Shown: positions 22,420 through 33,231 of the stretch, piece by piece
Layout of the letters: each line of letters begins with the position of its first letter
Numbering within the stretch: the first letter of the stretch is position 1
The notes under the pieces: model-generated
The model's input: the letters and a program-made list of their open reading frames with translations, nothing else
Database searches by the model: none
What the model was told of the DNA's origin: nothing
Position numbers and translations under genes: made by a program
Source: an uncultured Actinomycetota bacterium
GTDB lineage: Bacteria; Actinomycetota; Actinomycetes; Actinomycetales; Microbacteriaceae
Assembly (NCBI GenBank): GCA_963713325.1
Contig: CAVQLL010000026.1
Span: forward strand, 3,815-67,814
Reading direction: 5' to 3'
DNA: 64,000 bases

Positions 22420-23354
22420 AATCATCCCGCATCGGTTGGATGCTTGTCACTGCCATCGCCCCGATCGCCTGGGGAAGCAGCTATGTCGTCACCCGCGAGC
22501 TCCTTCCGGCGGACTCGCCGCTGTGGGGCGGTCTGCTGCGCGCGCTGCCCGCCGGGCTCATCCTGCTCCTGATCTCGCGGCGACTGCCGACCGGGCACTG
22601 GTGGTGGCGCTCGCTCGTGCTGGGCGCGCTCAACGTGGGCGGGTTCTTCGTCCTCATCTACATCGCCGGCCAGCGCCTGCCCTCGAGTCTCGCGGCGACG
22701 CTGATGTCGACGTCCGCGCTCGTCATGATCCTGTTCGCGTGGGCCATGCTGCGCCAGCGCCCGCGGATGATCGCCGTGCTCGGCGCTCTTGTCGGCCTTG
22801 TCGGAGTCGCGGTCATGCTCGGCTTCGGCGGCGGACCGGTCGACCTGTGGGGAGTCGCGGCATCCCTCGGTGCGATGGTCGCGTCGTCGTTCGGCTACAT
22901 CCTCACGGCGCGCTGGGGCTCCGACATCCCCGCGATCACGATGTCGTCGTGGCAGCTCGTCGGCGGCTCGGTGCTTCTCATCCCGGTCGCACTCCTCGTC
23001 GAGGGGGCGCCGCCCGCGCTCACGCCGTCCTCCGCTCTGGGCTTCGCGTACCTCACGGTGATCGCCACCGCGGTCGCGTACGTCGCGTGGTTCACCGGAC
23101 TGCGTCGCCTGCCCGCCGGTGTGGTCGGGGTCGTCGGCCTCCTCAACCCGGTCACCGGGGTCGTACTGGGCGTCGCGCTCGCGGGCGAGGCGTTCGGCCT
23201 CGCGCAGGGTGTCGGACTCGCCCTCGTGCTGGGCGGCATCGCGCTCGGGTCGATGCCACCGATCCGCAGGCGTCGTGAAGTGACGCCATCGACCCAGGTA
23301 TCGCTCGAGCGTCCGATGACCGGGCAATTCGCTCTGGCGGGTCCGCGGCGGTGA
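22410..23354 (+). CDS. EamA/DMT transporter (PecM-like)
   Basis: APIAWGSSY, LRALPAG, about 10 TM helices. Confidence 0.9.
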   Translation: MEDKSSRIGWMLVTAIAPIAWGSSYVVTRELLPADSPLWGGLLRALPAGLILLLISRRLPTGHWWWRSLVLGALNVGGFFVLIYIAGQRLPSSLAATLMSTSALVMILFAWAMLRQRPRMIAVLGALVGLVGVAVMLGFGGGPVDLWGVAASLGAMVASSFGYILTARWGSDIPAITMSSWQLVGGSVLLIPVALLVEGAPPALTPSSALGFAYLTVIATAVAYVAWFTGLRRLPAGVVGVVGLLNPVTGVVLGVALAGEAFGLAQGVGLALVLGGIALGSMPPIRRRREVTPSTQVSLERPMTGQFALAGPRR

Positions 23355-23415
23355 CGGGGGTGGCGTCTGCCGCCACCCGTACCGCGACCTGTGCGGGCGT
23401 GATGGGATGGGTTGC

Positions 23416-23988
23416 ATGACCCGAGCTCTCATCGTGATCGACATGCAGCGCGCTTTCGACGACCTGGACTACTGGGGCGCCACGACCAATCCGGACTGCG
23501 AGCGCAACGTCGCGGCGCTGGTCGGCGCGTGGTCGGATTCGGGGGATCCGATCGTGGTCGTGCGTCACGATTCGACGTCGCCGCATTCGCCGCTGCACCC
23601 CGACAACTCCGGCAACGAGCTGGTGGATGCTGTCGCCGCTGTCGACCCGGCCCTGTTCGTGACCAAGAACGTCAACTCCGCGTTCTACGGCGACCCCGAC
23701 CTGCAGGCATGGCTCGACGAGCGGGCTATCCGCGAGCTCGTGATCTGCGGCATCCAGACCAACATGTGCGTGGAGACCACCGCGCGCATGGCGGGCAACC
23801 TCGGCTACGAGGTGACGGTCGCGCTGGATGCGACGCGCACGTTCGACCTGAAGGCGGATGTCGCGGGCCTGGGTATCGTGACCCGCACGGCATCCGAGCT
23901 GATGGCGACGACCGCTCTCGACCTGCAGGCGGGCGGATTCGCGGAGATCTCGACCACGGCCGAGCTGATCGGCGAGAATCGAACATAA
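23416..23988 (+). CDS. Isochorismatase/cysteine hydrolase family protein
   Basis: ALIVIDMQ, K...SAF, GIQTNMCVETTAR. Confidence 0.92.
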   Translation: MTRALIVIDMQRAFDDLDYWGATTNPDCERNVAALVGAWSDSGDPIVVVRHDSTSPHSPLHPDNSGNELVDAVAAVDPALFVTKNVNSAFYGDPDLQAWLDERAIRELVICGIQTNMCVETTARMAGNLGYEVTVALDATRTFDLKADVAGLGIVTRTASELMATTALDLQAGGFAEISTTAELIGENRT

Positions 23989-24010
23989 TGCACGGATGAG
24001 CCGCTTTCGA

Positions 24011-24032
24011 TGTCGGAAGGCGGCGATAACGT
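24011..24032 (+). promoter_or_regulatory. RecA-NDp (PafBC-type) DNA-damage promoter motif
   Basis: TGTCGG-N10-TAACGT matches TGTCGG-N10-TA-N3-T. Confidence 0.7.
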
Positions 24033-24043
24033 ACCTCATGGCA

Positions 24044-24072
24044 TTGACGCACTAGAACATCTGTTCTAGCCT
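24044..24072 (+). promoter_or_regulatory. SigA promoter overlapped by an SOS (LexA) box
   Basis: TTGACG-N17-TAGCCT, with palindrome TAGAAC-ATCT-GTTCTA at 24053-24068. Confidence 0.85.
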
Positions 24073-24078
24073 GTGGGA

Positions 24079-24777
24079 GTGAGGGCAGCTGTGCAGAGCG
24101 AGGTGCATCCAGAGGGCGATGTGGTCCGCCTCCGCGCTCAGCTCGAGCGGGTGCAGGGGCGACGACTCGACGCCCCCGTGCTGCCGGTGCTTCCCGCTCT
24201 CGCGTCGCTTCTGCCGGGAGGGGGCCTTCGCCCCGGCTCCGCGTATTCGATCGCTCCGTCGGCATCGCTCCTGTCCGCACTGCTGGCCGCCGCCTCGCAG
24301 GCGGGGTCGTGGTGCGGTGTGGTGGGCGTTCCGCAGCTCGGCGCCGAAGCGGCGGAGCGGCTGGGGGTCGACCTCTCCCGGCTCGTGCTGATCCCGGATC
24401 CCGGTTCCCGCTGGCTGGCCGTGACGGCGACGATCGCCGAGGTGCTCCCTGTGGTCGCCGTGCGACCCGGAGGGCGGGCATCCGATGGCGATGTCTCGCG
24501 CCTTGCGGCACGATTGCGCGACCGCGGCGCGGTGCTCCTCGTGCAGGGGCCATGGGCGCAGGCCGAGGCTTCCATCGGCGTCGCCGACCCGGGCTGGACG
24601 GGCCTGGGCCACGGCCATGGGTATCTCGCCGGCCGCGAGCTGACGGTGACCGTGACGAGCAGACGCACGCCCGTTCCGCGTCGCGGGCGGGTGCTGCTGC
24701 CCGCGATCGACGGTGCACTGGTCTCGACGCGCCCGCCTCAGCCCGTCGCCTACGTGCCGCTCGAGGCGGTGGGGTGA
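24079..24777 (+). CDS. imuA: ImuA'-like RecA-fold mutasome protein
   Basis: LLPGGGLRPG, G.WCGVVG.P.LG.EAA...GVDL.RL; first gene of the cassette; probably leaderless GTG. Confidence 0.85.
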   Translation: MRAAVQSEVHPEGDVVRLRAQLERVQGRRLDAPVLPVLPALASLLPGGGLRPGSAYSIAPSASLLSALLAAASQAGSWCGVVGVPQLGAEAAERLGVDLSRLVLIPDPGSRWLAVTATIAEVLPVVAVRPGGRASDGDVSRLAARLRDRGAVLLVQGPWAQAEASIGVADPGWTGLGHGHGYLAGRELTVTVTSRRTPVPRRGRVLLPAIDGALVSTRPPQPVAYVPLEAVG

Positions 24778-24778
24778 G

Positions 24779-26365
24779 ATGCGCGTGGACGCGCCGGTGC
24801 GCAGTCTCGTGCTGTGGTTTCCGGACTGGCCGGTCACAGCGCTGACTCGCGACGGCTCCCTGCGCGAGCCGCTGGATGCCTCGCTGCCGATCGCGGTGAT
24901 GGAGAGCAACGCGGTCGTGGCGTGCTCGGCGTCGGCGAGGGCCGAAGGGGTGCGACGCGGTCAGCGCCGTCGCGACGCCCAGGCACGGTGCCCGACGCTG
25001 AAGGTGGTTGCAGCCGACGCGGTGCGCGATCACCGTGTCTTCGCCCCCATCGTCGCCGGCATCGAGGAGCGTGCGCCCGGGGTTCAGATCGTGCGACCGG
25101 GGCTCTGCGCTCTCCGCGCCCGCGGCCCTGCCCGGTACTACGGAGGAGAGGCGGAGGCGGCGCGCGTACTGCTCGGCACGCTCCGCGAGCTCGGGCTCGA
25201 GGGGGTGCGGGCAGGCATCGCGGACGGGCCGTTCACGGCGGAGCAGGCGGCGCGGATCGGAGCGACCACGGCGGAGCCGGTGTTCCTCGTGCCCTCCGGC
25301 GGCGCGGCGGGCTTCCTCGCGCCGCTTCCGATCGCGTCCCTGGAGGATCCGGAGCTCGCAGGTCTCCTTGCGCGGCTCGGCGTTCAGACGCTCGGAGAGT
25401 TCGCGGCGATGGAGGCGGATCGCGTGCGCGAGAGGTTCGGAGAACGCGGCATCCGTCTGCACGCGCTGTCGGCAGGGCGCGATTCACGACCCGTCGACCC
25501 GCGGGTGCCGCCGCCCGAGCTTCACCGCGAGGTCGTGTTCGAGCCTCCGCTGGAGATCGCCGAGCAGGTCGCCTTCGGCATGAGGCTGACCGCCGACGCG
25601 TTCATCAGCGGGCTCGGGGCCGTCGATCTGGTCTGCACCGAGCTGAGGGTGCAGCTCTTCGGCGACCGGGGCGAGCGCAGCGAGCGCGTCTGGCTGCATC
25701 CGGGGTCGTTCGATTCGGCTGCGGTCGTGGACCGGGTGCGGTGGCAGCTGGGGGAGGAGGTCGGTGGGCTCGGAGGCGGGGAGAGTGAAAAGGGACTGTG
25801 GAGCAGCGGTGTCGCGCGAGTGCGGATCGAGCCCGCGGCGGTGGATGCGGCATCCCACCACGCCCCCGCGATCTTCGGGGCCGGCACCGACGAGCGCGTG
25901 CACCATGCGCTCTCTCGCGTGCAGGCGATGCTCGGTCATCGCGGGGTGCTGACTCCCGCGATCGGCGGAGGGCGGTGGCTCGCCGAGCGGCAGGTGCTCG
26001 TGCCGTGGGGAGACCGGGTCGTCGTCGCGAAGGAGCGCGCGCGCCCCTGGCCGGGGAGCCTGCCCGATCCGCTGCCGTCGACGGTCTTCGCCGAACCCGT
26101 GCCGGTGGAGGTGACCGCCGAAGGAGGAAGCGCCGTGGGCGTCGACGCACGCGGACGGATCACCGAGGCGCCTGCGGTGCTCACCGAGAGCGGGCGCCGG
26201 CGGGGGATCGAGGCGTGGGCGGGTCCGTGGCCGGTCATCGAAAGAGGATGGGATGCCGCGCGCTCCCGCCGTGCGCACCGGTTCCAGGTCGTCGATGCCG
26301 ACCAGACGGCGTGGCTGCTGGTCTGCGAAGACGACGGCTGGACCGCGGAGGCGCGCTATGACTGA
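24779..26365 (+). CDS. imuB: ImuB, inactive Y-family polymerase
   Basis: LVLWFPDWPV, GV..GQRRRDAQARCP, YYGGE, GPWPV, ends ARYD. Confidence 0.9.
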   Translation: MRVDAPVRSLVLWFPDWPVTALTRDGSLREPLDASLPIAVMESNAVVACSASARAEGVRRGQRRRDAQARCPTLKVVAADAVRDHRVFAPIVAGIEERAPGVQIVRPGLCALRARGPARYYGGEAEAARVLLGTLRELGLEGVRAGIADGPFTAEQAARIGATTAEPVFLVPSGGAAGFLAPLPIASLEDPELAGLLARLGVQTLGEFAAMEADRVRERFGERGIRLHALSAGRDSRPVDPRVPPPELHREVVFEPPLEIAEQVAFGMRLTADAFISGLGAVDLVCTELRVQLFGDRGERSERVWLHPGSFDSAAVVDRVRWQLGEEVGGLGGGESEKGLWSSGVARVRIEPAAVDAASHHAPAIFGAGTDERVHHALSRVQAMLGHRGVLTPAIGGGRWLAERQVLVPWGDRVVVAKERARPWPGSLPDPLPSTVFAEPVPVEVTAEGGSAVGVDARGRITEAPAVLTESGRRRGIEAWAGPWPVIERGWDAARSRRAHRFQVVDADQTAWLLVCEDDGWTAEARYD

Positions 26366-26375
26366 GCGTCTATCG

Positions 26376-26527
26376 GGCGTTTCGTTTCGTCTCGCCTTCG
26401 CTCGCTCAACGACCGAGTAGCACCGGTCGTTGAGCGAGCGAGCGAGACGAAACGCCTGACTCGCTCGGTCGTTGAGCGAGCGAAGCGAGACGCCGGTCGC
26501 TCAGGAACCGCGAGCGAGACGAAACGC
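26376..26527. repeat. REP-like palindromic repeat cluster
   Basis: CGTTTCGTCTCGC..CGCTCGCTCAACGACCG and its reverse complement form a long hairpin (26376-26456), plus further copies. Confidence 0.85.
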
Positions 26528-26541
26528 AAGGGAGCCGACTG

Positions 26542-29500
26542 ATGGGCTTCCACAACCCGTCCGTTCCCTGGTCGGAGATGGAGCGGCTGCTCAGCGACCG
26601 GCGTCGGCCGGGCAACGTTCCCGTGCACGCCGACGGCGGCGACAGCCCGGCGTGGTCGCGCAAGCGCGGCCCCTACGTGTCGCAGGCGATTCCCCGGCCC
26701 GGCGACGCGGTTCCCTACGCGGAGCTGCACGCCCACTCGTCGTTCTCGTTCCTGGACGGGGCCTCCTCACCCGAGGAGCTCGCCGAGGAGGCGGAGAGGC
26801 TGGGCCTGCACGCCCTCGCGATCACCGATCACGACGGGTTCTACGGCATCGTGCGCTTCGCCGAGGCGGCCGAATCCCTCCAGGTGAAGACGGTGTTCGG
26901 TGCGGAGCTCTCGCTCGAGCTGCCGAAGCCGCAGAACGGCGAGCCCGATCCCGCGGGCTCGCACCTGCTCGTCCTCGCCCGAGGGGAGGAGGGCTACCAC
27001 CGCCTGGCCGCCGCCATCACGCACGCACAGCTGAACGGCGCCGAGAAGGGGCGCCCCGTCTACGACCTCGAGGAGCTCGCCGCCCAGGCGGGGGGCGGGC
27101 GGTCGGGCGACGGGCACTGGGCGATCCTGACCGGATGCCGCAAGGGAGCCGTCCGGCGCGCACTCGCAGACGGCGGGGCGGATGCCGCGGCATCCGAGCT
27201 CGATCGTCTCGTGCACCTCTTCGGGCGGGATTCGGTGCACGTCGAGCTGATCGACCACGGGAGTCCGCTCGACACGCGCGACAACGACCTGCTGGCGGGG
27301 ATGGCCGCCGAGCGGGGGCTGTCGGTGCTCGCCAGCAACAACGTGCACTACGCCGTGCCGCAGCGTCAGCAGCTGGCCGCGGCGGTCGCAGCCGTGCGCT
27401 CCAACCGCGGCCTGGACGAGCTCGACGGGTGGCTGCCCGCCCATGCCGGCGCGCACCTGCGCTCGGGCGCCGAGATGCAGGAGCGCTTCGCGCGCTATCC
27501 CGGTGCCGTCGCGCGCACGGTGGCGCTCGCCGACGAGCTGGCCTTCCCGCTGCGGCGAGCCAAGCCCGCGCTTCCCAAGCAGAAGGTCCCGCCCGGGCAC
27601 ACGCCGATGTCGTGGCTGCGGCACCTCGTGTGGGAGGCGGTGCCGCGCAAGTACCCCGACCTGACCGACGACGACCGCATCCGCATCGAGAAGGAGCTCG
27701 GGGTCATCGAGCTGAAGGACTTCCCCGGCTACTTCCTGATCGTGCACGGCATCGTGCAGGAGGCGCGGCGCCGCGGCATCCTGTGTCAGGGTCGCGGATC
27801 GGCCGCCAACAGCGCCGTCTGCTACCTGCTCGACATCACGGCGGTCGACTCGATCGCCTACGGGCTGCCGTTCGAGCGGTTCCTTTCGAGCCTGCGCGAC
27901 GAGGAGCCCGACATCGACGTCGACTTCGACTCCGACCGCCGGGAGGAGATCATCCAGTGGGTGTACGGGCAGTACGGGCGTGAGCGGGCGGCGCAGGTCG
28001 CGAACGTCATCCAGTACCGGCCGAAGAACGCCGTGCGCGACATGGCGAAGGCGCTCGGACACTCGCCCGGGCAGCAGGATGCCTGGTCGAAGCAGGTGGA
28101 GCAGTGGGGTGCGACGCTTTCGACCGGTCCCGAGCACGACATCCCCGACCAGGTGATCGAGTACGCGTCGGAGCTGTTGAAGGCGCCCCGGCATCTCGGC
28201 ATCCACTCCGGCGGGATGGTGCTGACCGATCGCCCGGTCGGCGAGGTCGTGCCGATCGAGCACGCGCGCATGGAGAACCGCACGGTGATCCAGTGGGACA
28301 AGGACGACGCGGCCTGGATGGGGCTCGTGAAGTTCGACCTGCTCGGGCTCGGGATGCTGGCAGCCCTGCAGTACTGCTTCGACCTCATCGACGCGGCGAC
28401 GGGGGAGCGCTGGGAGCTCGCGACCATCCCGAAGGAGGAGAAGGCGGTCTACGACATGCTGTGCCGCGCCGACTCGATCGGGGTGTTCCAGGTCGAGTCC
28501 CGTGCGCAGATGGGACTGCTGCCGCGCCTGCAGCCGCGGCGGTTCTACGACCTCGTGATCGAGATCGCCCTCATCCGCCCCGGACCCATCCAGGGCGGTG
28601 CGGTGCATCCGTTCGTGCGGCGCAAGCTCGGCTACGAAGAGGTCACCTACCCGCACCCCAAGCTCGAGCCCGTGCTCGAGCGCACGCTCGGCATCCCGGT
28701 GTTCCAGGAGCAGCTGATGCAGATGGCGATGGCCGTGGGCGAGTGCTCGGGGGAGGATGCCGATCTCCTGCGTCGCGCGATGGGTTCCAAGCGCGGCATC
28801 GAGCGGATCGAGTCGCTGAAGGAGAAGCTCTACGAGGGGATGGCGACGCAACGATCTGGTCGGGGAGGCGGCGGATGACATCTACGCGCGGATCCAGGCG
28901 TTCGCGAACTTCGGCTTCGCCGAGTCGCACTCGCTCTCGTTCGGGCTGCTCGTCTACGCGAGCTCGTGGATCAAGCTGCACTATCCCGCCGCGTTCCTCG
29001 CGGGACTGCTGCGCGCCCAGCCGATGGGCTTCTACTCGCCTGCGACCCTCACCGGCGACGCCCGCCGGCACGGTGTCGAGGTGCGTCGGCCCGACCTGCT
29101 GCGCTCCGGCGCCCAGGCGGTGCTCGAGCCGGTGACCCCGGTCGTTGAGCGACGCGAGTCGCAGCTGAGCGAGCGAACGCGAGAGCGAGACGAGGCGGCG
29201 CTCCGCGACCGAAGACTCCCGGTCGTTGAGCGAGCCGAAGGCGAGACGAAACGCCACCGGCCTCGACTCCTGCGCCCACCGCATCCAGCCGCCGGTCGGA
29301 CACTTCGACATCACCGCCCCCGACGAGTCCGCGGCTCACCGTCGCGACGGGGGATTCGCCGTTCGACTGGGGCTGGCCGCGGTCAAGGGCATCGGCGAGA
29401 CGGTCGCCGATCGCATCGTCGCCGAGCGCGAGAGCAGGGGCGCGTACCGCGACCTTCGCGACCTCGTGCGACGTGCCGGTGTCACGCAGGCGCAGCTCGA

Positions 29501-30059
29501 GGCGCTCGCGACCGCGGGGGCGTTCGAGTGCCTCGGGCTCAGCACCCGCGAGGCGATCTGGCTCGCCGGCTCGGCCGCCCTGGATCGCGTGGAGTTCCTG
29601 CCCGATTCGGTGATCTCGGTGCAGCCGCCGCTGTTCACCGATCCGACGAGCTACGAGCGGCTCGCGAGCGACCTGTGGGCGACGGGCATCTCCACCGACG
29701 ACCACCCGATGACGCACTACCGCGCCGGGCTGGATGCTCGGGGCGTCCTCACCTCGAATGAGATGCGCTCCCACGAGTCCGAGCGTCGCGTGGAGGTCGC
29801 GGGCCTTGTGACCCACCGGCAACGGCCGGCGACGGCATCCGGGATCACGTTCCTGAACCTCGAGGACGAGCACGGCCTGGTCAACGTGATCTGCTCGATC
29901 GGGGTGTGGAACAGGTACCGACGCGTCGTGCGCGATGCACCCGCCCTCATCGTGAGGGGGATGCTGGAGCGCTCCGTCGAGGGAGTGACGAACCTCCTCG
30001 CCGATCGGTTCGAAGACCTGCGGGTCGGTGTCGACCATCGGTCCCGGGACTTCCGCTGA
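26542..30059 (+). CDS. dnaE2: Error-prone DNA polymerase DnaE2, apparent frameshifts near 28849 and within 29169-29255
   Basis: YAELHAHSSFSFLDG PHP domain, GRGSAANS, PDIDVDF, FGFAESH, C-terminal SRDFR. Confidence 0.95.
29138..29254. repeat. REP-like repeats inside the dnaE2 linker
   Basis: Two CCGGTCGTTGAGCGA copies, the second ending GCGAGACGAAACGC; same family as 26376-26527. Confidence 0.8.
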
Positions 30060-30110
30060 GCATCGGGCCATACTCGACGGAATGAGCATCACGCCACACC
30101 TCGTGCGCGC

Positions 30111-31077
30111 ATGAAGGCCGTCGTCCGCGACCGCTACGGCGGCCCCGAGGTGATGCGCCTCGAAGACGTCGCCGTGCCGTCGCCGCGTGCGGGGCAGGTG
30201 CTCGTGCGGGTCGTCGCGACCTCGGTGAACCTCAGCGACTGGGAGGGTCTGCACGGATCGCCCGCGTACGCACGCTTCGGCGGGCTCTTCCGGCCGTCCC
30301 GGAAGATCCTCGGATCCGACATCGCGGGAGTCGTCGCGTCGGTCGGCGCGGGTGTCACGAGATTCCGGCCGGGCGACGAGGTCTACGGCGACATCCTGTC
30401 GATGGTGGGCGGCTTCGCCGAGTACGCGGTCGCACCCGAGCGCGCGCTCGCGCACAAGCCCGCGCAGCTGTCGTTCGCCCAGGCGTCGACCCTGCCGCAG
30501 TCGGGCGCGATCGCCGTGCAGGCGGTGGCGCGGGCGAAGCCCGGTCGGCGGATGCTGATCAACGGCGCCGGCGGCGGAACGGGGGCGTTCGCCCTGCAGC
30601 TCGCCGCGGCAGCCGGCATCCATGTCACCGGCGTGGACAACGCCGGAAAGCTCGACTTCATGCGATCGCTCGGTGCGAACGAGGTCATCGACTACCGCGT
30701 CGATGACTTCACCCGAACCGGGCCCTACGACCTCATCATCGACCTCGTCGCCCGGCGCTCGGTGTTCGCCTATCGCCGTGCGCTCGCACCGGGCGGCACC
30801 TATCTGCATCGTCGGCGGGACGATGCGTGCACTGCTGCGGGTCGTGACGATCGGGGCGCTGATCGGAGCCCTGACCGGAAGGCATCTGTTCCTTCTTGCG
30901 GTCAAGCAGGGGCCGGAGCAGTTCGAGCAGCTCGCCGAGTGCTGCGCCGACGGCTCGGTGCGCATCCACATCGACCGCGTCTTTCCTCTCGAGCAGGTGC
31001 CCGAGGCGCTCGCCTACGTCGGCGAAGGGCGCGCGCTCGGCAAGGTCGTGATCGCGATCGACCCGTCTGCGACCTGA
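30111..31077 (+). CDS. NAD(P)-dependent alcohol dehydrogenase/quinone reductase (MDR), apparent frameshift near 30805
   Basis: MKAVV..RYGGPEV, GSDIAGVV, GFAEY, NGAGGGTG, GKVVI. Confidence 0.88.
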
Positions 31078-31117
31078 CGGGCGTCCGGCGGACGCATCGA
31101 TAGACTGGATGCCGCCA

Positions 31118-31189
31118 GCCTCTGTAGCTCAATGGAAGAGCAGTTCCGTCCTAAGGAAACGGTTGGGGGTTCGAGTCCCTCCAGGGGCA
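31118..31189 (+). tRNA. tRNA-Arg(CCT)
   Basis: Cloverleaf: GCCTCTG/CAGGGGC acceptor stem, D arm, anticodon loop GT-CCT-AA, GGTTCGAGTCC T arm; CCA not encoded. Confidence 0.95.
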
Positions 31190-31380
31190 CAGTCTTTTTT
31201 TGCCTCTGACCAGGGATTTCTTCTGTGGTCAGACCACACGAGAATCGCGTTTTTGCCCGCTCTGTGCCCGCATGCGATCGCGGCTAGGTGTTTGCATGTT
31301 CGACAATGCCGGACTCCAACAAGCGTCGCTGGCGTTGCGCGGAGGCCGGCTGCTGCTCGAAAACGCGCCGATTCGGATTC

Positions 31381-31396
31381 AGTCCCTCCAGGGGCA
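31381..31396 (+). mobile_element. att-like duplication of the tRNA-Arg 3' end
   Basis: AGTCCCTCCAGGGGCA is identical to 31174-31189. Confidence 0.75.
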
Positions 31397-31486
31397 AATG
31401 GCTCCGTTTGAGGGCAATTAACAGCGAAGACCAGCGCCGAACTCTGTGGCGGCGTAGGGCTGCGCTACAAGGCGAGCCAGCGCCGC

Positions 31487-31731
31487 CCATCTATCTTGGC
31501 GGTGTCCGGGATCAGTTGCTCGCCGGCCTGGACGGCAGCATCGACGAGCAGCGCGTCGAGCACGTACCGGCGCGACGCGGGGAGAACGTCGGCACCGGCC
31601 TGAGCCCTGACGATGCGGCGGACTCATCGGCCCTGGTGGTGGAAGGTGACCGCCCGGATCTCGGGCGCACCGCTCGGGACGACGTCGTGGTGTTCTCGGC
31701 GAGGGATGCCGCCACCGGTGTTCCGGGTCAC
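31487..31731 (-). pseudogene. Possible remnant of an FAD-dependent oxidoreductase
   Basis: Minus frame reads GAPEIRAVTFHHQGR*VRRIV...RRYVLDALLVDAAVQAG with an internal stop. Confidence 0.4.
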
Positions 31732-31732
31732 G

Positions 31733-32452
31733 TCAAACCACCGCTTCGCCGACGATCACCGGATGCACGAGGTGCGGCATCCCGCGCCAGATGAGGCGAT
31801 CGACAGTCGTGACCCGCATGTGGGACGAGATCGTCTCGAGCGTCTCGCGGTTGCAGCGGCAACCGTCGGCGACTGCGGCCCACGCGTCTGCGAGACGGTC
31901 CTGCCATCGCGATAGGCGTGGGGTGTCGGAGCGGACGTGCTCGCAGAACAAGAGACGGCCGCCTGGCCGAAGCACGCGCCGCACCTCCGCCAGAGCGGCG
32001 TCGGGATCACGGACCGTGCACAAGACCAGTGTCGAGACCACGGTGTCGAACGAGCCGTCGTCGAAGGGGAGGGCCTCGGCCGGGGCGGCGACGATGTGTG
32101 CGCGGCGACCGAGCTTCGCGCGTCGCGCTTCGAGCCGGTCTGCCATCGGCGCGGATGGTTCCATAAGAACCAACTCGTCGATCGCGTCGGGATAGTGGCT
32201 CAGGTTCAGCCCGGTGCCGGCGCCGATCTCGAGGACCCGCCCGCGCGCGCCACCGATCAGGCCGCGGCGCGTGGCCCGCATGCCGCGGCGCTCGCCGAGG
32301 GCGAGGAACGCGTCGTAGATTCCGGCGGTGAATCGGCTGCCCGCAACCTCGAACGTGGGCGCCGCATGATGCGGCCGGGCGTCGGCATGCGACGGTGCTG
32401 CCGAGGCGCTGCGCGCTCCCGTTGCGCCGGTGTGTTCCTGCTGATCGGTCAT
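31733..32452 (-). CDS. Class I SAM-dependent methyltransferase
   Basis: VLEIGAGTG, AEALPF.DGSFDTVV, VLRPGG.LLFCEH. Confidence 0.92.
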   Translation of the reverse strand: MTDQQEHTGATGARSASAAPSHADARPHHAAPTFEVAGSRFTAGIYDAFLALGERRGMRATRRGLIGGARGRVLEIGAGTGLNLSHYPDAIDELVLMEPSAPMADRLEARRAKLGRRAHIVAAPAEALPFDDGSFDTVVSTLVLCTVRDPDAALAEVRRVLRPGGRLLFCEHVRSDTPRLSRWQDRLADAWAAVADGCRCNRETLETISSHMRVTTVDRLIWRGMPHLVHPVIVGEAVV

Positions 32453-32477
32453 GTTGTCCTCCGTGTGGTGGTGTCGG

Positions 32478-33231
32478 TCAGCCGAGTCGGCTGACGAGCC
32501 GTGCGAGCCACTGGTGCCTGAGCTCGATCCAGACGGCGCGAGCGGAGGCGACCACGTCACCGTTCTCGTCCAGGAGCGCGCTGGCCGTGTCGGTCGCTCG
32601 ACCGTGGCGCTGGACGGTCCACCCGACGACGACGAGTCGCTCCCCGAGGAACACATCGCGGTTGCGGTGCGCCGTCATGGTGCCGAGAAGACCGAGGCGG
32701 CCATCGAGCAGCGACGACGCCGGGTAGCTCGGACAGTCCAGCGCGCCCCATACGGCGGCAGGATCCACGACGCCGTCGGCGGTGTCACGCTCGTGGGGGA
32801 CGAAGGGGGCAGCGAGGACGTCGCGGTGGTTTTGTCAGCGGTCCCGGCGTGACGCCCAGTCCATCGAGACGCTGAGCGCCGCACACCACGCAGTTCGACA
32901 GCAAGTGGCGCGCACCGTGGAGCGGACTCGCCGCGCGTGCTTCCTCCGCATCGCCGAATCGAGGTCTGATCGGAGGGATCATCGTGAAGGGATCGAGCTT
33001 CGTCGCCGTCGACAGGAGTCGGTGGCCCGAGTCGGTGACTTCGGCGGACTGCCCGTCGAGGTCGACGCCGACCTCAAGCGGCTCCTCGAGGGGCACGGGG
33101 CGGATGAGTCGGACGCTCGCCGTGCCACCCAGGGTCTCTGCGATCGCGCCGCAGGCAAACCCCCCGTTGACGCTGCGAGGTGGGCCGTTGAAGCGAGCGT
33201 CGAAACGCAGGGTGTCGGTCGTGGTTCTCAT
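32478..33231 (-). CDS. Double hotdog-fold/thioesterase-like protein, apparent frameshift near 32825
   Basis: RFNGPP.S.NGGF.CG, CVVCG..R.DGL, WGALDCP. Confidence 0.75.
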
